The translations under genes were made by a program, and so were the position numbers. Below, piece after piece: positions 9,801-22,300 of a stretch of 64,000 nucleotides of DNA. The DNA comes from Eledone cirrhosa (taxonomy: Eukaryota). The notes under the pieces were generated by a model. It was not told the origin of the DNA and ran no database searches. It was given only the letters and a program-made list of their open reading frames with translations. The stretch covers positions 163,928,001-163,992,000 of the forward strand of contig OZ024742.1 in the NCBI GenBank assembly GCA_964016885.1, written 5' to 3'. Numbering within the stretch: position 1 is the first letter of the stretch; the number at the start of each line of letters is the position of its first letter.

Positions 9801-12800
9801 CCTTGGAGGCTGGAATTTATCTCCCCTTGGACGGTTAGAAATTACCTCTCCTTGGACTGCTGGAAAATATGTCTCCTTGGACAGCTGGAAATTATCTCCC
9901 CTTGGACGGCTGGAAATTATCTCCCCTTAGACGGCTGGAAATTATCTCTCCTCGGACGACTAGAAATTACCTCTCCTTGGACAGCTGAAAATTATCTCCC
10001 CTTGGACGGCTGGAAATTATCTCCCCTTGATTTTTTTTACAAATTATCTCCCCCTGATTTTTTTTTACAAATTATCTCCCCCTGATTTTTTTTTACAAAT
10101 TATCTCCCCCTGATTTTTTTTACAAATTATCTCCCCCTGATATTTTTTACAAATTATCTCCCCCTGATTTTTTTACAAATTATCTCCCCTTGGCTGGCTG
10201 GAAATTATCTCCCTTTGGAGGCTGGAATTTATCTCCCCTTGGACGGCTAGAAATTACCTCGCCTTGGACGGCTGGAAAAAATGTCTCCTTGGACGGCTGG
10301 AAATTATCTCCCCTTGGACGGCTGGAAATTATCTCCCCTTGGACGGCTGGAAATTATCTCCCCTTGGACGGCTAGATATTACCTCCCCTTGGACGGCTGG
10401 AAATTATCTCCCCTTGATTTTTTTTACAAATTATCTCCCCCTGATTTTTTTTTACGAATCATCTCCCCCTGATTTTTTTTTTACAAATTATCTCCGCCTG
10501 ATTTTTTTTTAAAAATTATCTCCCCTTGAACGGCTGGAAATTATCTCCCCTTGGACGGCTGGAAATTATCTCCCCTTGGACGGCTAGAAATTACCTCTCC
10601 TTGGACGGCTGAAAATTATCTCCCCTTGGACGGCTGCAAATTATCTCCCCTTGATTTTTTAACAAATTATCTCCCCCTGATTTTTTTTTTACAAATTATC
10701 TCCCCCTGATTTTTTTTTACAAATTATCTACGCCTAATTTTTTTTACAAATTATCTCCCCCTGATTTTTTTTTACAAATTATCTCCTCCTGATTTTTTTT
10801 ACAAATTATCTCCCCCTGATTTTTTTTTACAAATTATTTCCCCCTGATTTTTTTACAAATTATCTCCCCTCTGATTTTTTTACAATCTCCGCCTGATTTT
10901 TTTAAAAATTATCTTCCCTTGGCTGGCGGGAAATTATCTCCCCTTGGACGGCTGGAAATTATATCCCCTTGGACGGCTGGAAATTACCTCCCCTTGGACA
11001 GCTGGAAATTATCTGCCCTTGATTTTGTTTTTACAAATTATCTCCCCCTGATTTTTTTTACAAATTATCTCCACCTGATTTTTTAAAAAATTATCTCCCC
11101 TTGGACGGCTGGAAATTATCTCCCCTTGATTTTTTTACAAATTATCTCCCCCTGATTTTTTTTACAAATTATCTCCCCCTGATTTTTTTTTTACAAATTA
11201 TCTCCCCCTGATTTTTTTACAAATTATCTCCCCCTGATTTTTTTTACAAATTATCTCCGCCTGATTTTTTAAAATATTATCTTCCCTTGGCTGGCGGGAA
11301 ATTATCTCCCCTTGGACGGCTGAAAATTATCTCCCCTTGGACGGCTGGAAATTATCTCCCCTTGATTTTTTTTACAAATTATCTCCCCCTGATTTTTTTT
11401 TACAAATTATCTCCCCCTGATTTTTTTTTACAAATTATCTCCACCTGATTTTTTTTTACAAATTATCTGCCCCTGATTTTTTTAACAAATTATCTCCCCC
11501 TGATTTTTTTACAAATTATCTCCCCTTGGCTGGCTGGAAATTATCTCCCCTTGGAGGCTGGAATTTATCTCCCCTTGGACGGCTAGAAATTACCTCTCCT
11601 TGGACGGCTGGAAAATATTTCTCCTTGGACGGCTGGATATTATCTAACCTTGGACGGGTGGAAATTATCTCCCCTTGGACGGCTGGAAATTATCTCCCCT
11701 TGGACGGCTAGATATTACCTCCCCTTGGACGGCTGGAAATTATCTCCCCTTGATTTTTTTTATAAATTATCTCCCCCTGATTTTTTTTTTACAAATTATC
11801 TCCCCCTGATTTTTTTACAAATTATCTCCTCCTGATTTTTTTTACAAATTATCTCCGCCTGATTTTTTTAAATATTATCTTCTCTTGGCTGGCGGGAAAT
11901 TATCTCCCCTTGGACGGCTGAAAATTATCTCCCCTTGGACGGCTGGAAATTATCTCCCCTTGATTTTTTTTACAAATTATCTCCCCCTGATTTTTTTTTA
12001 CAAATTATCTCCCCCTGATTTTTTTTTACAAATTATCTCCCCATGATTTTTTTTTACAAATTATCTCCCCCTGATTTTTTTACAAATTATCTCCCCTTAG
12101 CTGGCTGGAAATTATCTCCCCTTGGAGGCTGGAAATTATCTCCCCTTGGACGGCTAGAAATTACCTCTCCTTGGACGGCTGGAAAATATGTCCTTGGACG
12201 GCTGGATATTATCTACCCTTGGACGGCTGGAAATTATCTCCCCTTGGACGGCTGGAAATTATCTCCCCTTGGACGGCTAGATATTAGCTCCCCTTGGACG
12301 GCTGGAAATTATCTCCCCTTGATTTTTTTTACAAATTATCTCCCCCTGATTTTTTTTTACAAATTATCTCCCCCTGATTTTTTTTTACAAATTATCTACC
12401 CCTGATTTTTTTTTACAAATTATCTCCCCCTGATTTTTTTTACAAATTATCTCTCCCTGATTTTTTTTTACAAATTATCTCCCCCTGATTTTTTTTTACA
12501 AATTATCTACCCCTGATTTTTTTTTACAAATTATCTCCCCCTGATTTTTTTTACAAATTATCTCCCCCTGATTTTTTTTACAAATTATCTCCCCCTGATT
12601 TTTTTACAAATTATCTCACCCCGATTTTTTTTACAAATTATCTCCGCCTAATTTTTTTAAATATTATCTTCCCTTGGCTGGCGGGAAATTATCTCCCCTT
12701 GGACGGCTGAAAATTATCTCCCCTTGGACGGCTGGAAATTATCTCCCCTTGATTTTTTTACAAATTATCTCCCCCTGATTATTTTTTACAAATTATCTCC

Positions 12801-13338
12801 CCCTGATTTTTTTTTACAAATTATCTCCCCTTGGCTGGCTGGAAATTATCTCCCCTTGGAGGCTGGAATTTATCTCCCCTTGGACGGTTAGAAATTACCT
12901 CTCCTTGGACTGCTGGAAAATATGTCTCCTTGGACGGCTGGAAATTATCTCCCCTGGGACGGCTGGAAATTATCTCCCCTTGGACGGCTGGAAATTATCT
13001 CTCCTCGGACGACTAGAAATTACCTCTCCTTGGACAGCTGAAAATTATCTCCCCTTGGACGGCTGGAAATTATCTCCCCTTGATTTTTTTTACAAATTAT
13101 CTCCCCCTGATTTTTTTTTACAAATTATCTCCCCCTGATTTTATTTTACAAATTATCTCCCCCTGATTTTTTTTACAAATTATCTCCCCCTGATATTTTT
13201 TACAAATTATCTCCCCCTGATTTTTTTACAAATTATCTCCCCTTGGCTGGCTGGAAATTATCTCCCCTTGGAGGCTGGAATTTATCTCCCCTTGGACGGC
13301 TAGAAATTACCTCCCCTTGGACGGCTGGAAATTATCTC

Positions 13339-16300
13339 CCCTTGGACGGCTGGAAATTATCTCCCCTTGGACGGCTGGAAATTATCTCCCCTTGGACGGC
13401 TAGATATTACCTCCCCTTGGACGGCTGGAAATTATCTCCCCTTGATTTTTTTTACAAATTATCTCCCCCTGATTTTTTTTTACAAATTATCTCCCCCTGA
13501 TTTTTTTTACAAATTATCTCCCCCTGATTTTTTTACAAATTATCTCCCCCCGATTTTTTTTACAAATTATATCCGCCTAATTTTTTTAAATATTATCTTC
13601 CCTTGGCTGGCGGGAAATTATCTCCCCTTGGACAGCTGAAAATTATCTCCCCTTGGACGGCTGGAAATTATCTCCCCTTGATTTTTTTTACAAATTATCT
13701 CCCCCTGATTTTTTTTTACAAATTATCTCCCCCTGATTTTATTTTACAAATTATCTCCCCTTGATTTTTTTTACAAATTATCTCCCCCTGATATTTTTTA
13801 CAAATTATCTCCCCCTGATTTTTTTACAAATTATCTCCCCTTGGCTGGCTGGAAATTATCTCCCCTTGGAGGCTGGAATTTATCTCCCCTTGGACGGCTA
13901 GAAATTACCTCGCCTTGGACGGCTGGAAAATATGTCTCCTTGGACGGCTGGAAATTATCTCCCCTTGGACGGCTGGAAATTATCTCCCCTTGGACGGCTG
14001 GAAATTATCTCCCCTTGGACGGCTAGATATTACCTCCCCTTGGACGGCTGGAAATTATCTCCCCTTGATTTTTTTTACAAATTATCTCCCCCTGATTTTT
14101 TTTTACAAATTATCTCCCCCTGATTTTTTTTACAAATTATCTCCCCCTGATTTTTTTACAAATTATCTCCCCCCGATTTTTTTTACAAATTATATCCGCC
14201 TAATTTTTTTAAATATTATCTTCCCTTGGCTGGCGGGAAATTATCTCCCCTTGGACGGCTGAAAATTATCTCCCCTTGGACGGCTGGAAATTATCTCCCC
14301 TTGATTTTTTTACAAATTATCTCCCCCTGATTATTTTTTACAAATTATCTCCCCCTGATTTTTTTTTACAAATTATCTCCCTCTGATTTTTTTTACAAAT
14401 TATCTCCCCTTGGCTGGCTGGAAATTATCTCCCCTTGGAGGCTGGAATTTATCTCCCCTTGGACGGTTAGAAATTACCTCTCCTTGGACTGCTGGAAAAT
14501 ATGTCTCCTTGGACGGCTGGAAATTATCTCCCCTTGGACGGCTGGAAATTATCTCCCCTTGGACGGCTGGAAATTATCTCTCCTCGGACGACTAGAAATT
14601 ACCTCTCCTTGGACAGCTGAAAATTATTTCCCCTTGGACGGCTGGAAATTATCTCCCCTTGATTTTTTTTACAAATTATCTCCCCCTGATTTTTTTTACA
14701 AATTATCTCCCCCTAATTTTTTTTTACAAATTATCTCCCCCTGATTTTTTTTACAAATTATCTCCCCCTGATATTTTTTACAAATTATCTCCCCCTGATT
14801 TTTTTACAAATTATCTCCCCTTGGCTGGCTGGAAATTATCTCCCCTTGGAGGCTGGAATTTATCTCCCCTTGGACGGCTAGAAATTACCTCGCCTTGGAC
14901 GGCTGGAAAATATGTCTCCTTGGAGGGCTGGAAATTATCTCCCCTTGGACGGCTGGAAATTATCTCCCCTTGGACGGCTGGAAATTATCTCCCCTTGGAC
15001 GGCTAGATATTACCTCCCCTTGGACGGCTGGAAATTATCTCCCCTTGATTTTTTTTACAATTTATCTCCCCCTGATTTTTTTTTACAAATTATCTCCCCC
15101 TGATTTTTTTTTACGAATTATCTCCCCCTGATTTTTTTTTACAAATTATCTCCGCCTGATTTTTTTTAAAAAATTATCTCCCCTTGAACGGCTGGAAATT
15201 ATCTCCCCTTGGACGGCTGGAAATTATCTCCCCTTGGACGGCTAGAAATTACCTCTCCTTGGACGGCTGAAAATTATCTCCCCTTGGACGGCTGCAAATT
15301 ATCTCCCCTTGATTTTTTAACAAATTATCTCCCCCTGATTTTTTTTTACAAATTATCTCCCCCTGATTTTTTTTTACAAATTATCTACGCCTAATTTTTT
15401 TTACAAATTATCTCCCCCTGATTTTTTTTTACAAATTATCTCCCCCTGATTTTTTTTACAAATTATCTCCCCCTGATTTTTTTTTACAAATTATTTCCCC
15501 CTGATTTTTTTACAAATTATCTCCCCCCTGATTTTTTTTTACAATCTCCGCCTGATTTTTTAAAAAATTATCTTCCCTTGGCTGGCGGGAAATTATCTCC
15601 CCTTGGACGGCTGGAAATTATCTCCCCTTGGACGGCTGGAAATTATCTCCCCTTGGACAGCTGGAAATTATCTGCCCTTGATTTTGTTTTTACAAATTAT
15701 CTCCCCCTGATTTTTTTTACAAATTATCTCCACCTGATTTTTAAAAAAATTATCTCCCCTTGGACGGCTGGAAATTATCTCCCCTTGATTTTTTTACAAA
15801 TTATCTCCCCCTGATTTTTTTTACAAATTATCTCCCCCTGATTTTTTTTTACAAATTATCTCCCCCTGATTTTTTTACAAATTATCTCCCCCTGATTTTT
15901 TTTACAAATCATCTCCGCCTGATTTTTTTAAATATTATCTTCCCTTGGCTGGCGGGAAATTATCTCCCCTTGGACGGCTGAAAATTATCTCCCCTTGGAC
16001 GGCTGGAAATTATCTCCCCTTGATTTTTTTTACAAATTATCTCCCCCTGATTTTTTTTTACAAATTATCTCCCCCTGATTTTTTTTTACAAATTATCTCC
16101 CCCTGATTTTTTTTTACAAATTATCTCACCCTGATTTTTTTTACAAATTATCTCCCCATTATTTTTTTACAAATTATCTCCCCTTGGCTGGCTGGAAATT
16201 ATCTCCCCTTGGAGGCTGGAATTTATCTCCCCTTGGACGGCTAGAAATTACCTCTCCTTGGACGGCTGGAAAATATGTCTCCTTGGACGGCTGGATATTA

Positions 16301-19300
16301 TCTACCCTTGGACGGCTGGAAATTATCTCCCCTTGGACGGCTGGAAATTATCTCCCCTTGGACGGCTAGATATTACCTCCCCTTGGACGGCTGGAAATTA
16401 TCTCCCCTTGATTTTTTTTACAAATTATCTCCCCCTGATTTTTTTTTACAAATTATCTCCCCCTGATTTTTTTTACAAATTATCTCCCCCTGATTTTTTT
16501 ACAAATTATCTCCCCCCGATTTTTTTTACAAATTATATCCGCCTAATTTTTTTAAATATTATCTTCCCTTGGCTGGCGGGAAATTATCTCCCCTTGGACA
16601 GCTGAAAATTATCTCCCCTTGGACGGCTGGAAATTATCTCCCCTTGATTTTTTTTACAAATTATCTCCCCCTGATTTTTTTTTACAAATTATCTCCCCCT
16701 GATTTTATTTTACAAATTATCTCCCCTTGATTTTTTTTACAAATTATCTCCCCCTGATATTTTTTACAAATTATCTCCCCCTGATTTTTTTACAAATTAT
16801 CTCCCCTTGGCTGGCTGGAAATTATCTCCCCTTGGAGGCTGGAATTTATCTCCCCTTGGACGGCTAGAAATTACCTCGCCTTGGACGGCTGGAAAATATG
16901 TCTCCTTGGACGGCTGGAAATTATCTCCCCTTGGACGGCTGGAAATTATCTCCCCTTGGACGGCTGGAAATTATCTCCCCTTGGACGGCTAGATATTACC
17001 TCCCCTTGGACGGCTGGAAATTATCTCCCCTTGATTTCTTTTACAAATTATCTCCCCCTGATTTTTTTTTACAAATTATCTCCCCCTGATTTTTTTTACA
17101 AATTATCTCCCCCTGATTTTTTTACAAATTATCTCCCCCCGATTTTTTTGACAAATTATATCCGCCTAATTTTTTTAAATATTATCTTCCCTTGGCTGGC
17201 GGGAAATTATCTCCCCTTGGACGGCTGAAAATTATCTCCCCTTGGACGGCTGGAAATTATCTCCCCTTGATTTTTTTACAAATTATCTCCCCCTGATTAT
17301 TTTTTACAAATTATCTCCCCCTGATTTTTTTTTACAAATTATCTCCCTCTGATTTTTTTTACAAATTATCTCCCCTTGGCTGGCTGGAAATTATCTCCCC
17401 TTGGAGGCTGGAATTTATCTCCCCTTGGACGGTTAGAAATTACCTCTCCTTGGACTGCTGGAAAATATGTCTCCTTGGACGGCTGGAAATTATCTCCCCT
17501 TGGACGGCTGGAAATTATCTCCCCTTGGACGGCTGGAAATTATCTCTCCTCGGACGACTAGAAATTACCTCTCCTTGGACAGCTGAAAATTATTTCCCCT
17601 TGGACGGCTGGAAATTATCTCCCCTTGATTTTTTTTACAAATTATCTCCCCCTGATTTTTTTTACAAATTATCTCCCCCTAATTTTTTTTTACAAATTAT
17701 CTCCCCCTGATTTTTTTTACAAATTATCTCCCCCTGATATTTTTTACAAATTATCTCCCCCTGATTTTTTTACAAATTATCTCCCCTTGGCTGGCTGGAA
17801 ATTATCTCCCCTTGGAGGCTGGAATTTATCTCCCCTTGGACGGCTAGAAATTACCTCGCCTTGGACGGCTGGAAAATATGTCTCCTTGGAGGGCTGGAAA
17901 TTATCTCCCCTTGGACGGCTGGAAATTATCTCCCCTTGGACGGCTGGAAATTATCTCCCCTTGGACGGCTAGATATTACCTCCCCTTGGACGGCTGGAAA
18001 TTATCTCCCCTTGATTTTTTTTACAATTTATCTCCCCCTGATTTTTTTTTACAAATTATCTCCCCCTGATTTTTTTTTACGAATTATCTCCCCCTGATTT
18101 TTTTTTACAAATTATCTCCGCCTGATTTTTTTTAAAAAATTATCTCCCCTTGAACGGCTGGAAATTATCTCCCCTTGGACGGCTGGAAATTATCTCCCCT
18201 TGGACGGCTAGAAATTACCTCTCCTTGGACGGCTGAAAATTATCTCCCCTTGGACGGCTGCAAATTATCTCCCCTTGATTTTTTAACAAATTATCTCCCC
18301 CTGATTTTTTTTTACAAATTATCTACGCCTAATTTTTTTTACAAATTATCTCCCCCTGATTTTTTTTTACAAATTATCTCCCCCTGATTTTTTTTACAAA
18401 TTATCTCCCCCTGATTTTTTTTTACAAATTATTTCCCCCTGATTTTTTTACAAATTATCTCCCCCCTGATTTTTTTTTACAATCTCCGCCTGATTTTTTA
18501 AAAAATTATCTTCCCTTGGACGGCTGGAAATTATATCCCCTTGGAAGGATGGAAATTATCTCCCCTTGGACGGCTGGAAATTATCTCCCCTTGGACGGCT
18601 GGAAATTATCTCCCCTTGGACAGCTGGAAATTATCTGCCCTTGATTTTGTTTTTACAAATTATCTCCCCCTGATTTTTTTTACAAATTATCTCCACCTGA
18701 TTTTTAAAAAAATTATCTCCCCTTGGACGGCTGGAAATTATCTCCCCTTGATTTTTTTACAAATTATCTCCCCCTGATTTTTTTTACAAATTATCTCCCC
18801 CTGATTTTTTTTTACAAATTATCTCCCCCTGATTTTTTTACAAATTATCTCCCCCTGATTTTTTTTACAAATTATCTCCGCCTGATTTTTTTAAATATTA
18901 TCTTCCCTTGGCTGGCGGGAAATTATCTCCCCTTGGACGGCTGAAAATTATCTCCCCTTGGACGGCTGGAAATTATCTCCCCTTGATTTTTTTTACAAAT
19001 TATCTCCCCCTGATTTTTTTTTACAAATTATCTCCCCCTGATTTTTTTTTACAAATTATCTCCCCCTGATTTTTTTTTACAAATTATCTCACCCTGATTT
19101 TTTTTACAAATTATCTCCCCCTTATTTTTTTACAAATTATCTCCCCTTGGCTGGCAGGAAATTATCTCCCCTTGGAGGCTGGAATTTATCTCCCCTTGGA
19201 CGGCTAGAAATTACCTCTCCTTGGACGGCTGGAAAATATGTCTCCTTGGACGGCTGGATATTATCTACCCTTGGACGGCTGGAAATTATCTCCCCTTGGA

Positions 19301-19375
19301 CGGCTGGAAATTATCTCCCCTTGGACGGCTAGATATTACCTCCCCTTGGACGGCTGGAAATTATCTCCCCTTGAT
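13339..19375 (+). repeat. Tandem higher-order duplication, period about 2,963-2,966 bp
   Basis: Pairs 13841/16807, 14410/17376, 15209/18175, 15760/18723 and 16184/19147. Confidence 0.88.
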
Positions 19376-22300
19376 TTTTTTACAAATTATCTCCCCCTGA
19401 TTTTTTTACAAATTATCTCCACCTGATTTTTTTTACAAATTATCTTCGCCTAATTTTTTTAAATATTATCTTCCCTTGGCTGGCGGGAAATTATCTCCCC
19501 TTGGACGGCTGGAAATTATCTCCCCTTGATTTTTTTTACAAATTATCTCCCCCTGATTTTTTTTTACAAATTATCTCCCCCTGATTTTTTTTACAAATTA
19601 TCTCCACCTGATTTTTTAAAAAATTATCTCCCCTTGGACGGCTGGAAATTATCTCCCCTTGATTTTTTTACAAATTATCTCCCCCTGATTTTTTTTACAA
19701 ATTATCTCCCCCTGATTTTTTTTTACAAATTATCTCCCCCTGATTTTTTTTTACAAATTATCTCCCCCTGATTTTTTTTTACAAATTATTTCCCCCTGAT
19801 TTTTTTTAGAAATTATCTCCCCCTGATTTTTTTACAAATTTTCTCCCCTTAGCTGGCTGGAAATTATCTCCCCTGGGAGGCTGGAATTTATCTCCCCTTG
19901 GACGGCTAGAAATTACCTCTCCTTGGACGGCTGGAAAATATGTCCTTGGACGGCTGGATATTATCTACCCTTGGACGGCTGGAAATTATCTCCCCTTGGA
20001 CGGCTGGAAATTATCTCCCCTTGGACGGCTAGATATTAGCTCCCCTTGGACGGCTGGAAATTATCTCCCCTTGATTTTTTTTACAAATTATCTCCCCCTG
20101 ATTTTTTTTTACAAATTATCTCCCCCTGATTTTTTTTTACAAATTATCTACCCCTGATTTTTTTTTACAAATTATCTCCCCCTGATTTTTTTTACAAATT
20201 ATCTCTCCCTGATTTTTTTTTACAAATTATCTCCCCCTGATTTTTTTTTACAAATTATCTACCCCTGATTTTTTTTTACAAATTATCTCCCCCTGATTTT
20301 TTTTACAAATTATCTCCCCCTGATTTTTTTTACAAATTATCTCCCCCTGATTTTTTTACAAATTATCTCCCCCCGATTTTTTTTACAAATTATCTCCGCC
20401 TAATTTTTTTAAATATTATCTTCCCTTGGCTGGCGGGAAATTATCTCCCCTTGGACGGCTGAAAATTATCTCCCCTTGGACGGCTGGAAATTATCTCCCC
20501 TTGATTTTTTTACAAATTATCTCCCCCTGATTATTTTTTACAAATTATCTCCCCCTGATTTTTTTTTACAAATTATCTCCCTCTGATTTTTTTTACAAAT
20601 TATCTCCCCTTGGCTGGCTGGAAATTATCTCCCCTTGGAGGCTGGAATTTATCTCCCCTTGGACGGTTAGAAATTACCTCTCCTTGGACTGCTGGAAAAT
20701 ATGTCTCCTTGGACGGCTGGAAATTATCTCCCCTGGGACGGCTGGAAATTATCTCCCCTTGGACGGCTGGAAATTATCTCTCCTCGGACGACTAGAAATT
20801 ACCTCTCCTTGGACAGCTGAAAATTATCTCCCCTTGGACGGCTGGAAATTATCTCCCCTTGATTTTTTTTACAAATTATCTCCCCCTGATTTTTTTTTAC
20901 AAATTATCTCCCCCTGATTTTATTTTACAAATTATCTCCCCCTGATTTTTTTTACAAATTATCTCCCCCTGATATTTTTTACAAATTATCTCCCCCTGAT
21001 TTTTTTACAAATTATCTCCCCTTGGCTGGCTGGAAATTATCTCCCCTTGGAGGCTGGAATTTATCTCCCCTTGGACGGCTAGAAATTACCTCGCCTTGGA
21101 CGGCTGGAAAATATGTCTCCTTGGACGGCTGGAAATTATCTCCCCTTGGACGGCTGGAAATTATCTCCCCTTGGACGGCTGGAAATTATCTCCCCTTGGA
21201 CGGCTAGATATTACCTCCCCTTGGACGGCTGGAAATTATCTCCCCTTGATTTTTTTTACAAATTATCTCCCCCTGATTTTTTTTTACAAATTATCTCCCC
21301 CTGATTTTTTTTACAAATTATCTCCCCCTGATTTTTTTACAAATTATCTCCCCCCGATTTTTTTTACAAATTATATCCGCCTAATTTTTTTAAATATTAT
21401 CTTCCCTTGGCTGGCGGGAAATTATCTCCCCTTGGACAGCTGAAAATTATCTCCCCTTGGACGGCTGGAAATTATCTCCCCTTGATTTTTTTTACAAATT
21501 ATCTCCCCCTGATTTTTTTTTACAAATTATCTCCCCCTGATTTTATTTTACAAATTATCTCCCCTTGATTTTTTTTACAAATTATCTCCCCCTGATTATT
21601 TTTTACAAATTATCTCCCCCTGATTTTTTTTTACAAATTATCTCCCTCTGATTTTTTTTACAAATTATCTCCCCTTGGCTGGCTGGAAATGATCTCCCCT
21701 TGGAGGCTGGAATTTATCTCCCCTTGGACGGTTAGAAATTACCTCTCCTTGGACTGCTGGAAAATATGTCTCCTTGGACGGCTGGAAATTATCTCCCCTT
21801 GGACGGCTGGAAATTATCTCCCCTTGGACGGCTGGAAATTATCTCTCCTCGGACGACTAGAAATTACCTCTCCTTGGACATCTGAAAATTATTTCCCCTT
21901 GGACGGCTGGAAATTATCTCCCCTTGATTTTTTTTACAAATTATCTCCCCCTGATTTTTTTTACAAATTATCTCCCCCTGATTTTTTTTTACAAATTATC
22001 TCCCCCTGATTTTTTTTACAAATTATCTCCCCCTGATATTTTTTACAAATTATCTCCCCCTGATTTTTTTACAAATTATCTCCCCTTGGCTGGCTGGAAA
22101 TTATCTCCCCTTGGAGGCTGGAATTTATCTCCCCTTGGACGGCTAGAAATTACCTCGCCTTGGACGGCTGGAAAATATGTCTCCTTGGAGGGCTGGTAAT
22201 TATCTCCCCTTGGACGGCTGGAAATTATCTCCCCTTGGACGGCTGGAAATTATCTCCCCTTGGACGGCTAGATATTACCTCCCCTTGGACGGCTGGAAAT

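Larger units (their letters stand above)
1..13128 (+). repeat. Higher-order duplication, period about 7,218-7,223 bp (1-~5905 repeated at 7219-~13128)
   Basis: Matching ORF-track pairs 271/7489, 614/7832, 1957/9176, 4305/11526 and 5608/12831. Shared rare variants include GCTAGTAATT, TCTCGTTGG, CTAATGA and GCTGACTGG. Confidence 0.9.

Noticed and set aside
8375-10700. Single-base T/A-tract differences between the 7,218-bp copies as meaningful variation
   Set aside because: Differences of one base in homopolymers (e.g. ~8641, ~10473, ~10681) cannot be distinguished from sequencing or consensus error without reads.
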